64,000 nucleotides of DNA from a virus: IMG/VR virus record IMGVR_UViG_3300009528_000013, positions 32,001 through 96,000 of that record; one strand, written 5' to 3'. Under the pieces are notes generated by a model that made no database searches, was not told the DNA's origin, and saw nothing but the letters and a program-made list of their open reading frames with translations. Positions 56,182 through 64,000 of the stretch are shown here, one piece after another (within the stretch, counting starts at the first letter, position 1; each line of letters starts with the position of its first letter). A program made the position numbers and the translations under genes.

Positions 56182-57121
56182 CGAAGAGGATTACGTTTAC
56201 TTCGCGCTGAAGTCGATCTATGATGTGGTCGAAGAGATCGTCATCGTGGAGGGCGCCGCCCGAAATCGATATGGAAGAGAGGCAATCGAGCAAGGGTTTT
56301 TAACCGAAGAAGGTCTCTCAACCGACGGTACACAGGCGGAGATTCAACGCATGCTCGATGAAGACGCAGATCATAAGATCAAGTACATCCGGTACGGTTG
56401 GCAGCAATCGGTAAATGACTTGCGAAGACATTGCCATCAGAATGTCAGTTCGAATACAGATTATTGTTTAATCTTGGATTCGGACGCGGTGTATCGACCA
56501 AGAGAGATCCAATGTCTCCGGAATCTGGTAATCGGATATCCTTCAATCTGGATGATCGCGGCGAAAGAGTTGATGTTTTTCCTCGATTTGAATCATATCC
56601 TCACAGTCGGAGAAGATTATCTTCAGATGTGTAACTATATCGACTCCGGGCTTTTTTGGAAATATCTCCCCGACATTGAGATTCTTGGACAACGACCTTA
56701 TCGACTTGGCCAGAAAATGGAATTGGGTCTTCGGCGTACTCGATTCCAAGAATTAAAAACGCTTGACAAGAAAGGCGAAAAACTATATCTTTTCGAGCCG
56801 GCCGGTCTCTTTGATATTCTACACTTCGGATGGGTGCATACTCCGGAGAAAATGGAACGACATATTCTGCGATGGGCGCATGCGACTCGAAACCTGGTTG
56901 CACGAGGCGGTGGCGACGAAAGAATGAAGCGATGGTGTGCACCGATCCTTGAATCGAACGACGGAGAAATCATGGAGTACTATCAAACGTATCATAAAAT
57001 CTGGACTGGAATTTACGATGAGTCGGTCGAAGAACATCTCGAAAAATTTACTGGGACTTATCCTGTGGTTATGTTGGAGCATCCGTACTATGGAAAGAGT
57101 GCTGAGGAATTGGGATGGTAA
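56150..57121 (+). CDS. GT2-like glycosyltransferase, paralog 4
   Basis: NEEDYVYFALKSIYDVV..IVIVEG, LDSD, HFGWV. Confidence 0.8.
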   Translation: MKLTVQMVVINEEDYVYFALKSIYDVVEEIVIVEGAARNRYGREAIEQGFLTEEGLSTDGTQAEIQRMLDEDADHKIKYIRYGWQQSVNDLRRHCHQNVSSNTDYCLILDSDAVYRPREIQCLRNLVIGYPSIWMIAAKELMFFLDLNHILTVGEDYLQMCNYIDSGLFWKYLPDIEILGQRPYRLGQKMELGLRRTRFQELKTLDKKGEKLYLFEPAGLFDILHFGWVHTPEKMERHILRWAHATRNLVARGGGDERMKRWCAPILESNDGEIMEYYQTYHKIWTGIYDESVEEHLEKFTGTYPVVMLEHPYYGKSAEELGW

Positions 57122-57753
57122 CGCTTGCCGATCTGGGACCGAGAGCGAAAGAGCATCGTCCGCGCTGGACGAGAGATGAAATTGCTTTAGATTACGGAAT
57201 CTGGGAAGATGATCGCGTACTGGATATTGGATGCGGTCCGGGTGCTCCTCGGGTTCAGCTTACTGAATCGGCATTCCCCCGGGCGGATGTACTGGTCGAT
57301 ATGAATCCTGATCTGATTCCGGTATATCAAGGTCGGAAGTTTTTGCTGTCCGGAGTTGAGGCGCTGCCCTTCAGGAGCGAAAGCTTTGATTTTATCTGGT
57401 GTTCTCATATCCTTGAACATATTCTCGATCCAAAAGCGGCCTGCGAAGAATTGATGCGAATCGGTGCACGTGGCCGGATCAAGACGCCATCGCCTTTCAA
57501 AGAGATGCTTCATCCTCTACCATACCACTACTGGTTGGTTTCTTTTTATACGAATACTTTGGTTTTTGAAAAGAAGCCGACTTTCCTTTCTTCTGCATTA
57601 TGGAACGAAGTAATCGATAGTTCTGCCGTGAAGGCCTGGAAGGATTATGTTCTATTCGCAAATGCAAAAAAAAGCCGTGTTAATCTTCCTCACCGATTCC
57701 GGGAGACTGTTTTCGATTGGGTAGGTGAATTCCGAGTAGAAGTATATCAATGA
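57115..57753 (+). CDS. class I SAM methyltransferase
   Basis: VLDIGCG, LPF..ESFDFI.CSHILEH. Confidence 0.85.
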   Translation: MVTLADLGPRAKEHRPRWTRDEIALDYGIWEDDRVLDIGCGPGAPRVQLTESAFPRADVLVDMNPDLIPVYQGRKFLLSGVEALPFRSESFDFIWCSHILEHILDPKAACEELMRIGARGRIKTPSPFKEMLHPLPYHYWLVSFYTNTLVFEKKPTFLSSALWNEVIDSSAVKAWKDYVLFANAKKSRVNLPHRFRETVFDWVGEFRVEVYQ

Positions 57754-57766
57754 AAGAAGGATTCCG

Positions 57767-58900
57767 ATGGAGCATAAACTGAAGGTATTATTCGATGCTG
57801 GCGGGTTGTGGCAGTTTGTTCCAAAGAGATTTAAGGCAATCATGTCGCAACGGTTTAGCTGTAATTTTCTTGACCGTGAGCATCCACGAGATTATGTCCA
57901 AAGGAGCTTGGCGAAATGGGCGGATGTAATTTTTGTGGATTGGGGATTGGCGTGGGCGCAGTTTTATCTGGAGAATTTTCCAGAGAAGCGGATTATTGTA
58001 CGAACGCATCGCGGCGATGTCTGGCATGAGAATTCACCGTTCTACTATTGGGAGAATGCCTCCGCAGTTCTGTTCATGAGTAATCATTACAGGAATCTTT
58101 TCCTTGAGAATTGTGTTGCAAATGTTCTGGATGATATGCAGGAACGATGTATAACTGTACCCAGATTGGTAGATGAACAGCACTGGCGGTTTTTGAATGA
58201 TTTCATAAATCAGCGTGACTATGGTCGGAGATTAGGTATGTTGGGCCGGTGTATTCCACGGAAACGAGTTGTCGAATTTGCTAAATTGCTCGATGGGCCA
58301 TTAGCAATGGAATATCCAATATCTAATCGTTGGACGGAAGCGAATTGTCTTTCACCGAATTTTTCGTTGAGCTTGCTTGGTTTTGAGGAAAATGATCGAA
58401 CACACTTTCCAGATTACATTGCTGAACTTGAGTCTGTAGTTCGATCTTCGGATCGTATCCAGGTTCTTGACCATGTGAGTGGAGATGCGGTTATAAAGTG
58501 GTTTGCTGATATTGATTTTGTAATCAGTTTCTCTGAGGATGAAAGTTGGCACGCTGCAATTACGGAAGGAATGCTCTGCGGGTGCGTGCCGGTGATATTT
58601 AATTGGCCAGGTGCGGATGAGATGCACCCAGTGGAGTGCATTTTTCAAGACGATGTGGAGTTGGTGAATTATTTGAAAAAGCAATCCCCGCCATTGAGGT
58701 ATGTGGATGGGTATGGGTGGTTGCCCAAAGTCCAAAAAAAGCGAATTAGTAGATCTGCGTGGGCGCGTACATGGTGCTTGGAACGTTACAGCCTGGAAGA
58801 CGTAACAGATCTATATGCCGATATTATCAAGGGAGATGAAGTTCCATTAGATCTGAATCCGCAGGATATTATCCCATTTCGGAAAAGTCAGCAACGATGA
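57767..58900 (+). CDS. GT-B (GT4-like) glycosyltransferase
   Basis: ADVIF.DW, S..ESW...I.E.M.CG..PV. Confidence 0.75.
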   Translation: MEHKLKVLFDAGGLWQFVPKRFKAIMSQRFSCNFLDREHPRDYVQRSLAKWADVIFVDWGLAWAQFYLENFPEKRIIVRTHRGDVWHENSPFYYWENASAVLFMSNHYRNLFLENCVANVLDDMQERCITVPRLVDEQHWRFLNDFINQRDYGRRLGMLGRCIPRKRVVEFAKLLDGPLAMEYPISNRWTEANCLSPNFSLSLLGFEENDRTHFPDYIAELESVVRSSDRIQVLDHVSGDAVIKWFADIDFVISFSEDESWHAAITEGMLCGCVPVIFNWPGADEMHPVECIFQDDVELVNYLKKQSPPLRYVDGYGWLPKVQKKRISRSAWARTWCLERYSLEDVTDLYADIIKGDEVPLDLNPQDIIPFRKSQQR

Positions 58901-59400
58901 AAAACTATATTGCAAAAAAATGCCTTGCTTTTTCAGACGTTTTACGTTATTTTCTATTCTTGGAATCTGGGAAAACGATCCGAGATGATCGAGTATTAGA
59001 GCAACTTGTTCGTAGTCAATGCTTCCACAATAGACAGGTGAATCCCTTTGGAGTCTGGACGCTTGGCTACAAGACCGATAGGAGAAATGAGCAGATTGTC
59101 GAATGGGTCGAGATCAGTCTGTCTACGAAGGAACTCTGCGTGACCGCCGTGGATCCGATTTGGAATCCGCTCTTGAGAAAGTGGAATGGGAATCTTCGAG
59201 ATTGTAGCAAACGGATTACTCATGGGACCGGTTCAATTCACCCAGAGAAACAAAAGATTACGGTTGTGCAGAAATTTTCTGAGAAGTTGAACGGAGAATT
59301 CGAAGTCATTGATGGCTTTCACCGGTCTATGCTGATGCTCAGCGAAGGAACCGAGAAGATAGATGCAATTGTTGGTTTAACCGAAGCGACTTATTTTTGA
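58897..59400 (+). CDS. hypothetical protein with ParB/Srx-like motif
   Basis: FEVIDGFHR. Confidence 0.5.
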   Translation: MKNYIAKKCLAFSDVLRYFLFLESGKTIRDDRVLEQLVRSQCFHNRQVNPFGVWTLGYKTDRRNEQIVEWVEISLSTKELCVTAVDPIWNPLLRKWNGNLRDCSKRITHGTGSIHPEKQKITVVQKFSEKLNGEFEVIDGFHRSMLMLSEGTEKIDAIVGLTEATYF

Positions 59401-59411
59401 GGAGGAGAAAA

Positions 59412-60218
59412 ATGCCTGAGCTGATCGAAGTCCATTGTCCCTTACACGACCATCGAACGAAGTCCGAATTTCTGTTCGAATGCCCGCCGAACAACTGGGC
59501 TCAGGAACAGCCATTAAAAGTCGAGCGGTGCGAAGAATGCGGGCTGCTTTTTTTCAACCCGAACATCTCCGCGGCGGATCGAAAGGCGTATCATAAAAAA
59601 GAGTACTACATCGCCGATCCCAAAGGGTGCATCGGGTACCCGAATTACATCGAGGAAGATCACCTCGGAGCGAAGATTTACTTCGGGAAGCTTACTCTCT
59701 CTTGGTTCAATAGACGTTGGAAAGACAAAACCCGGAAGCCCTGTTCGTTGATCGATTTCGGGTGCGCCACCGGGCACATGAGCAAACCGTATTTCGATCG
59801 GGGATGGAGAGTCGTTGGAATCGAGTTCTCTAAGTGGGCAGTGGATTGGGGCAGAGAGCATTTGGGCCTGGAACTCCGGTGTCAGGACATGGACGAACTC
59901 GTTCTGGACAATGAAGAGATTTTCGATTGTGTGCTGCTCTGGGATAGTCTGGAACATTCGCAGCATCCTCGGAAATTGCTTCGGAAGATCTTTACGCACA
60001 GTTCGGAAAATATGCTCATGATTATCCAAATGCCGGATACTGCGAAGTACGGAGATGATCCTCTGCATCCCTTCTGGTCGTTGTACCAGCATTGTTTCCA
60101 CTACGATCATTCCACGCTGAATCTTTTGCTGAAGTTGGAGGGGTTTAAGACATCCCGGAAACTCCCATCGTCGCAGATGGATGAGATGTTGGTCATTGCC
60201 GAAAAGATAAAGGAGTAG
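59412..60218 (+). CDS. class I SAM methyltransferase with N-terminal Cys motif
   Basis: CEECGL.F.NP, LIDFGCA.G, GIE.S, WD.LEH..HP. Confidence 0.85.
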   Translation: MPELIEVHCPLHDHRTKSEFLFECPPNNWAQEQPLKVERCEECGLLFFNPNISAADRKAYHKKEYYIADPKGCIGYPNYIEEDHLGAKIYFGKLTLSWFNRRWKDKTRKPCSLIDFGCATGHMSKPYFDRGWRVVGIEFSKWAVDWGREHLGLELRCQDMDELVLDNEEIFDCVLLWDSLEHSQHPRKLLRKIFTHSSENMLMIIQMPDTAKYGDDPLHPFWSLYQHCFHYDHSTLNLLLKLEGFKTSRKLPSSQMDEMLVIAEKIKE

Positions 60219-60221
60219 GCT

Positions 60222-61370
60222 ATGATTCAAAAATGGACCGTTGATCAGTTTGGAGTTGCAGTCGCTGGCGTTTTGACGAAATTCAAGGATCATATCTTCG
60301 ACCTTGATCCAGATTTGGTCCAGCTTCCATTGCACCTGAATAGTCCCTCTCCCGAAGATTGTGCAGCAGTCATCGATTCGGACACGAGGCTGATCGGTAA
60401 GTTCATTCTGCCGGTGGGCGTGAACAACGTTCCCCACGCGGCCTTCAAGGAAGTGTTGGAGAAATATCGGGGCCTCATTCGGATTTGGGATTTCGGAGGA
60501 GAGCCAGAGACTCGTCCCGATCAGCCAGGGTGCCGGTTCTCGGGGGACGAGGAGGAATTCGTTCGTCAGGTTCGGACGTTCTACGAGATGGGCAAAAAGA
60601 TCGATCCTGAAAACGTAATCGGAGGCTGCGGGTGGATTACTCCGACGTTCAATGGCAGCTTTGGGAATGAGGATCGAAGTCAGTTTTTCGAGAACTGTTT
60701 TGCACTTGGGATTGGACAGGTGCTAGACTTTATCAGCCTGAATTTCTATACTTACGGATACGGAGGAACAAAGAATATCCTTCAGGGGATTTCGAAAGTC
60801 AATGAGATTCTCGCCTGGTACCGCGTTGAGAAACCTGTCGTCGTCGCAGAATGCGGAGTTCCCTGTACCGGAGATCCAAAATTCCTTCACATTATCCAGA
60901 CCCCAGAGCGTCAGGCGATTTCTCTCGTCAAACAACACGTGCTTTTCAATTCGGTCGGGATCGATTACGCGATCTGGTTTGCCCTGAAACATCTGGGGTG
61001 GGGTCTGTTAGACACGAGAGGGAAGCCGAGGCCGTCTTATTATGCGATGCGAACGATCAAGGATTTCTTGAAGGGAGCGATCTTCAAAACGCAGATGAAA
61101 GCGTATCCCAGTCGAACAGTCGAGGAACGTTGGTGCACCGACAAGATCAACTGGTTCGTTTTCGAAAGAGATGACAAGGAGATCCACGTAATCTGGACTA
61201 CGGAAAGACTGGAGATGGATCGAGAGTTTCCATTTAAGGACGTTTCTGTTTTCGGTGTAATTGGGCAACCGATTGATGTATCGGGAGGATCGATTCGATT
61301 GACCGACTCGCCTCTCTATTTTATTGCGGACCCGGGCGAGCTTCATTCGTATAATTTCCTGCTTCTCTGA
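60222..61370 (+). CDS. glycoside hydrolase-like (GH-A clan) protein
   Basis: DFISLNFY, KPVVV.E.G.P, WGLLD..G.PRPSY.A; the acid/base Glu region looks degenerate. Confidence 0.65.
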   Translation: MIQKWTVDQFGVAVAGVLTKFKDHIFDLDPDLVQLPLHLNSPSPEDCAAVIDSDTRLIGKFILPVGVNNVPHAAFKEVLEKYRGLIRIWDFGGEPETRPDQPGCRFSGDEEEFVRQVRTFYEMGKKIDPENVIGGCGWITPTFNGSFGNEDRSQFFENCFALGIGQVLDFISLNFYTYGYGGTKNILQGISKVNEILAWYRVEKPVVVAECGVPCTGDPKFLHIIQTPERQAISLVKQHVLFNSVGIDYAIWFALKHLGWGLLDTRGKPRPSYYAMRTIKDFLKGAIFKTQMKAYPSRTVEERWCTDKINWFVFERDDKEIHVIWTTERLEMDREFPFKDVSVFGVIGQPIDVSGGSIRLTDSPLYFIADPGELHSYNFLLL

Positions 61371-61386
61371 TCGGGGGTGAACGAAT

Positions 61387-61779
61387 ATGGCAGCGATAGT
61401 TGAGGCTACAATCGACGTAGGAGGTGGTCCTTACGGAGTAGGTTGTGATGAGACTGCTGAAAAAACTTTCGTTGCGAATTATGGTGATGATACAATCTCC
61501 GTCATTCATACACCATCGAATACCGTGAGCGCAACTATCGGGGTAGGGGCAGGCCCTTACAGAGTCGCTTGCGATGAGGCTGCAGGGAAAACATTCATAA
61601 CGAATTGGAACGATGATAGTGTCTCAGTAATTCACACGGGATCCGATACGGTAAGCGCAACGATTGGAGTGGGTGTTCAGCCTGCTGGTGTTGCCTGTGA
61701 TGAGACTGTTGGAAAGACCTTTGTGGTGAATTATGGACCGGATACAGTCTCCGTAATCACCGGGTACAACGGGTGTTAA
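61387..61779 (+). CDS. stand-alone YVTN repeat protein (3 blades)
   Basis: Three GVACDE..KTF repeats. Confidence 0.8.
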   Translation: MAAIVEATIDVGGGPYGVGCDETAEKTFVANYGDDTISVIHTPSNTVSATIGVGAGPYRVACDEAAGKTFITNWNDDSVSVIHTGSDTVSATIGVGVQPAGVACDETVGKTFVVNYGPDTVSVITGYNGC

Positions 61780-61794
61780 ACTAAGAAAGGACTT

Positions 61795-63747
61795 TTGAAA
61801 TTGAACTCGAAAGATCTGACTCAGGAGCCGATTGTCGATATTATTATCCCGTACTGGAATCAGAATGGCCTGACAAAGCAATGTATTCGCAGCATCTTCT
61901 CTTACGTCCGGGTACCCTATAAACTGACCTTGATCGATAATGGCAGCGATGTCTTCGATCAAGACCTCTTTGAGATGGAAAGGTCCGGAGTACGGTTCAT
62001 CCACAACAAGGAGAATCTCGGATTTGTCAAGGCTGTAAATCAAGGCTTGAAAGAATCGGTTGCTCCATTCGCTTGTTTTATGAACAACGATATGGTCGCA
62101 ACCGAATTTTGTTTCGAGCGGATGTTAGCTCATCTCGAAGCGCATCCTGAAGTCGGCGCAGTGGGACCCTGTTCGAACTTCGTGATGTGGAAACAGGCGG
62201 CTCAGTTAGCCGGTGATACTGGAAAACTGACTCCGGAAGAGATCAATGATGCCGCCCAGGAGAATTACGAAAAGTGTAAAGGGCAACTTCTCGATACCAA
62301 ACTGCTCATTGGGATTTGTGTTCTGATGCGGCGGGAGGTTCTGGAGGAGGTTGGCCTTTTGGATGAAGCCTTCGGAATCGGTTGCAGCGATGACTTTGAC
62401 TATTCCATTCGAATACGAAAAGCTGGCTGGAGACTCGGAGTCGCCCGAGACGTTTTCATATATCATTACGGACATCAAACCTTCGAGGAATTGAAGAAAG
62501 ATCCGGAATTTGATTTCGATAAGCAGTTGACCGGTAATCAATCGATATTGAGAGAAAAGTGGGGAGATGAAGAGGTCGATGATCTTTTTGAGGAAGACAA
62601 CAGCTTGGGTTTCTGCCTGATTGTGAAGGATGAAGAGAAGACCTTGCCAAGATGTTTAGAAAATTTGAAAGAAGTCGCGGATGAAATTGTAATCGTGGAT
62701 ACCGGCTCGACCGACCGAACGAAGGAAGTTGCAAGGGAATACACCGATAAGATCTTCGACTACGAGTGGGGTGACGATTTTTCCGCTGCGAGGAACTTTG
62801 CATTTTCTAAAGCCGAATCGGGATGGATTTGCTGGCTTGATGCCGACGATTACGTCCAAAAAGAGCAAGCTGATGCGATTAAGAATCTGACGCTAAATTC
62901 CAATGGAACAACCGCCTTTGCTTTCCCGACGCATTGCCTCGGAGACACTGGCGAATTACTTCTGATCAACACTCGAATTCGTCTGGTCAAAAACCGGAGA
63001 AGCTATCGCTTTCGCAGTCGTCTGCATGAGACCCTTGATTTAAGGGGAGATGATTTTCAGAAAGTCAATCTTCCTATAATTCATGGCGGACCGGAGATTG
63101 CAAAGTTCAAGGATAAAAGTGGACAGCACGATTTCAATATCCGGATTCTCTTGAGGGAAATCGAAGAGAAACCGGAGGATCTCTTTGTGAATTTCAACCT
63201 CGCCCGGGCTTACAAGGGAGCGGGTCGAATTCAAGATGCAGAGACCAGGTACAAATTGGTTATGACATTGGATAAGTTTAAGAGCAACTTCAGATACCTG
63301 GCGGCTCTGGGCTTAGCCGAGTTGTATCTGGATGAGAAGGAGTACGATGAGGCGATTGATTATGGGTATGAGGCGATCAAATGCACGAATCTGCGAGCTG
63401 AGCCGTTTGCGGTTATTGGATTGGCGTACTTCTACAAAAAAGTCTTTCACAAAGCGGCAGCAGCTTTTGAAAATGCGCTTCAGTTGAAGCCGCAATTCGA
63501 TACTTTCATTCCTTTGGATCTGGGTGTGTACAACTATAAGTCGTGGGTGAATCTCGGTAGCTGTCATTTCAATCTTGGACAACTCGATAAGGCAGAAGAA
63601 TGCTACGAGAAGGCCTTGAATTACAATCCGCTGTTGGAGGACGCGAGAAGAAATCTGGCTATCGTCCGCGATGCAAAACAAAATCAGAATCTGAAGCTTA
63701 TACGGTCAGATTCTGAGGAGGTGAGGCAACATGGCAATCGTGGTTGA
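61795..63747 (+). CDS. GT2-GT2-TPR glycosyltransferase
   Basis: FMNND, DDFDYS, IVKDEE..L.RCL, DTGSTD, LDADD; TPR repeats. Confidence 0.9.
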   Translation: MKLNSKDLTQEPIVDIIIPYWNQNGLTKQCIRSIFSYVRVPYKLTLIDNGSDVFDQDLFEMERSGVRFIHNKENLGFVKAVNQGLKESVAPFACFMNNDMVATEFCFERMLAHLEAHPEVGAVGPCSNFVMWKQAAQLAGDTGKLTPEEINDAAQENYEKCKGQLLDTKLLIGICVLMRREVLEEVGLLDEAFGIGCSDDFDYSIRIRKAGWRLGVARDVFIYHYGHQTFEELKKDPEFDFDKQLTGNQSILREKWGDEEVDDLFEEDNSLGFCLIVKDEEKTLPRCLENLKEVADEIVIVDTGSTDRTKEVAREYTDKIFDYEWGDDFSAARNFAFSKAESGWICWLDADDYVQKEQADAIKNLTLNSNGTTAFAFPTHCLGDTGELLLINTRIRLVKNRRSYRFRSRLHETLDLRGDDFQKVNLPIIHGGPEIAKFKDKSGQHDFNIRILLREIEEKPEDLFVNFNLARAYKGAGRIQDAETRYKLVMTLDKFKSNFRYLAALGLAELYLDEKEYDEAIDYGYEAIKCTNLRAEPFAVIGLAYFYKKVFHKAAAAFENALQLKPQFDTFIPLDLGVYNYKSWVNLGSCHFNLGQLDKAEECYEKALNYNPLLEDARRNLAIVRDAKQNQNLKLIRSDSEEVRQHGNRG

Positions 63748-64000
63748 AGCGACAATAGGAGTTGGAACTTCTCCGCTCTTGCTCGCTTGTGACGAAATAC
63801 TTGGAAAGGTATTTGTGGCAAATTCAGGTTCGGATAACATATCCGTTATCCATGCTACGTCTAACACTGTTTCAGCCACTATCGGAGTAGGGATTACGCC
63901 TACTGGAGTGGCGTGTGATGAAACGGCGGAAAAGACGTTTGTAACGAATCGATCAGGATCGACTACAGATACAGTATCGGTGATTCATACGCCATCGAAC
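63731..64000 (+). CDS. YVTN repeat protein, truncated by the window end
   Basis: MAIVVEATIGVGTSP...ACDE..GKVFVANSGSD.ISVIH...; not in ORF track. Confidence 0.8.
   Translation, partial: MAIVVEATIGVGTSPLLLACDEILGKVFVANSGSDNISVIHATSNTVSATIGVGITPTGVACDETAEKTFVTNRSGSTTDTVSVIHTPSN

Noticed and set aside
39830-64000. Diversity-generating retroelement acting on YVTN repeats
   Set aside because: No reverse transcriptase and no template/variable repeat pair differing only at adenines
1-64000. tRNA genes, cas genes, integrase, tail sheath, inteins, alternative genetic code
   Set aside because: None recognised by eye; ORFs tile densely in code 11 and terL and the ligase are of normal length. tRNAscan and HMM searches would be needed to exclude them formally

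Overview
This window is part of a tailed dsDNA phage genome, most likely a siphovirus: it has a tape measure, a tail tube and a frameshifted chaperone, and no sheath was seen. The host is probably bacterial, given sigma70-like promoters and strong GGAGGTGA ribosome-binding sites. Bases 1-10.2 kb are a minus-strand arm of small accessory ORFs containing four type I hammerhead ribozymes, a shared start-associated motif and several repeat arrays. From about 10.4 kb everything runs on the plus strand: terminase, portal, a 10-kb enzyme insert (two exonucleases, a miniature IS200/IS605 element, glycosyltransferases, a Pol-beta-like nucleotidyltransferase, an ATP-dependent ligase, and a DNA methylase fused to LigD phosphoesterase), then prohead protease, capsid, head-tail and tail genes, and a ~14-kb glycosylation cluster. 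The standout is a repeat-spacer-repeat mini-CRISPR array at 52310-52419. Its 36-nt spacer translates to exactly the same 12 amino acids as part of the adjacent glycosyltransferase gene, but differs from it at 9 synonymous positions. This suggests a phage-borne guide aimed at a competitor's allele and linked to an immune, recoded copy. Product names come from motif recognition only; no database search was run.
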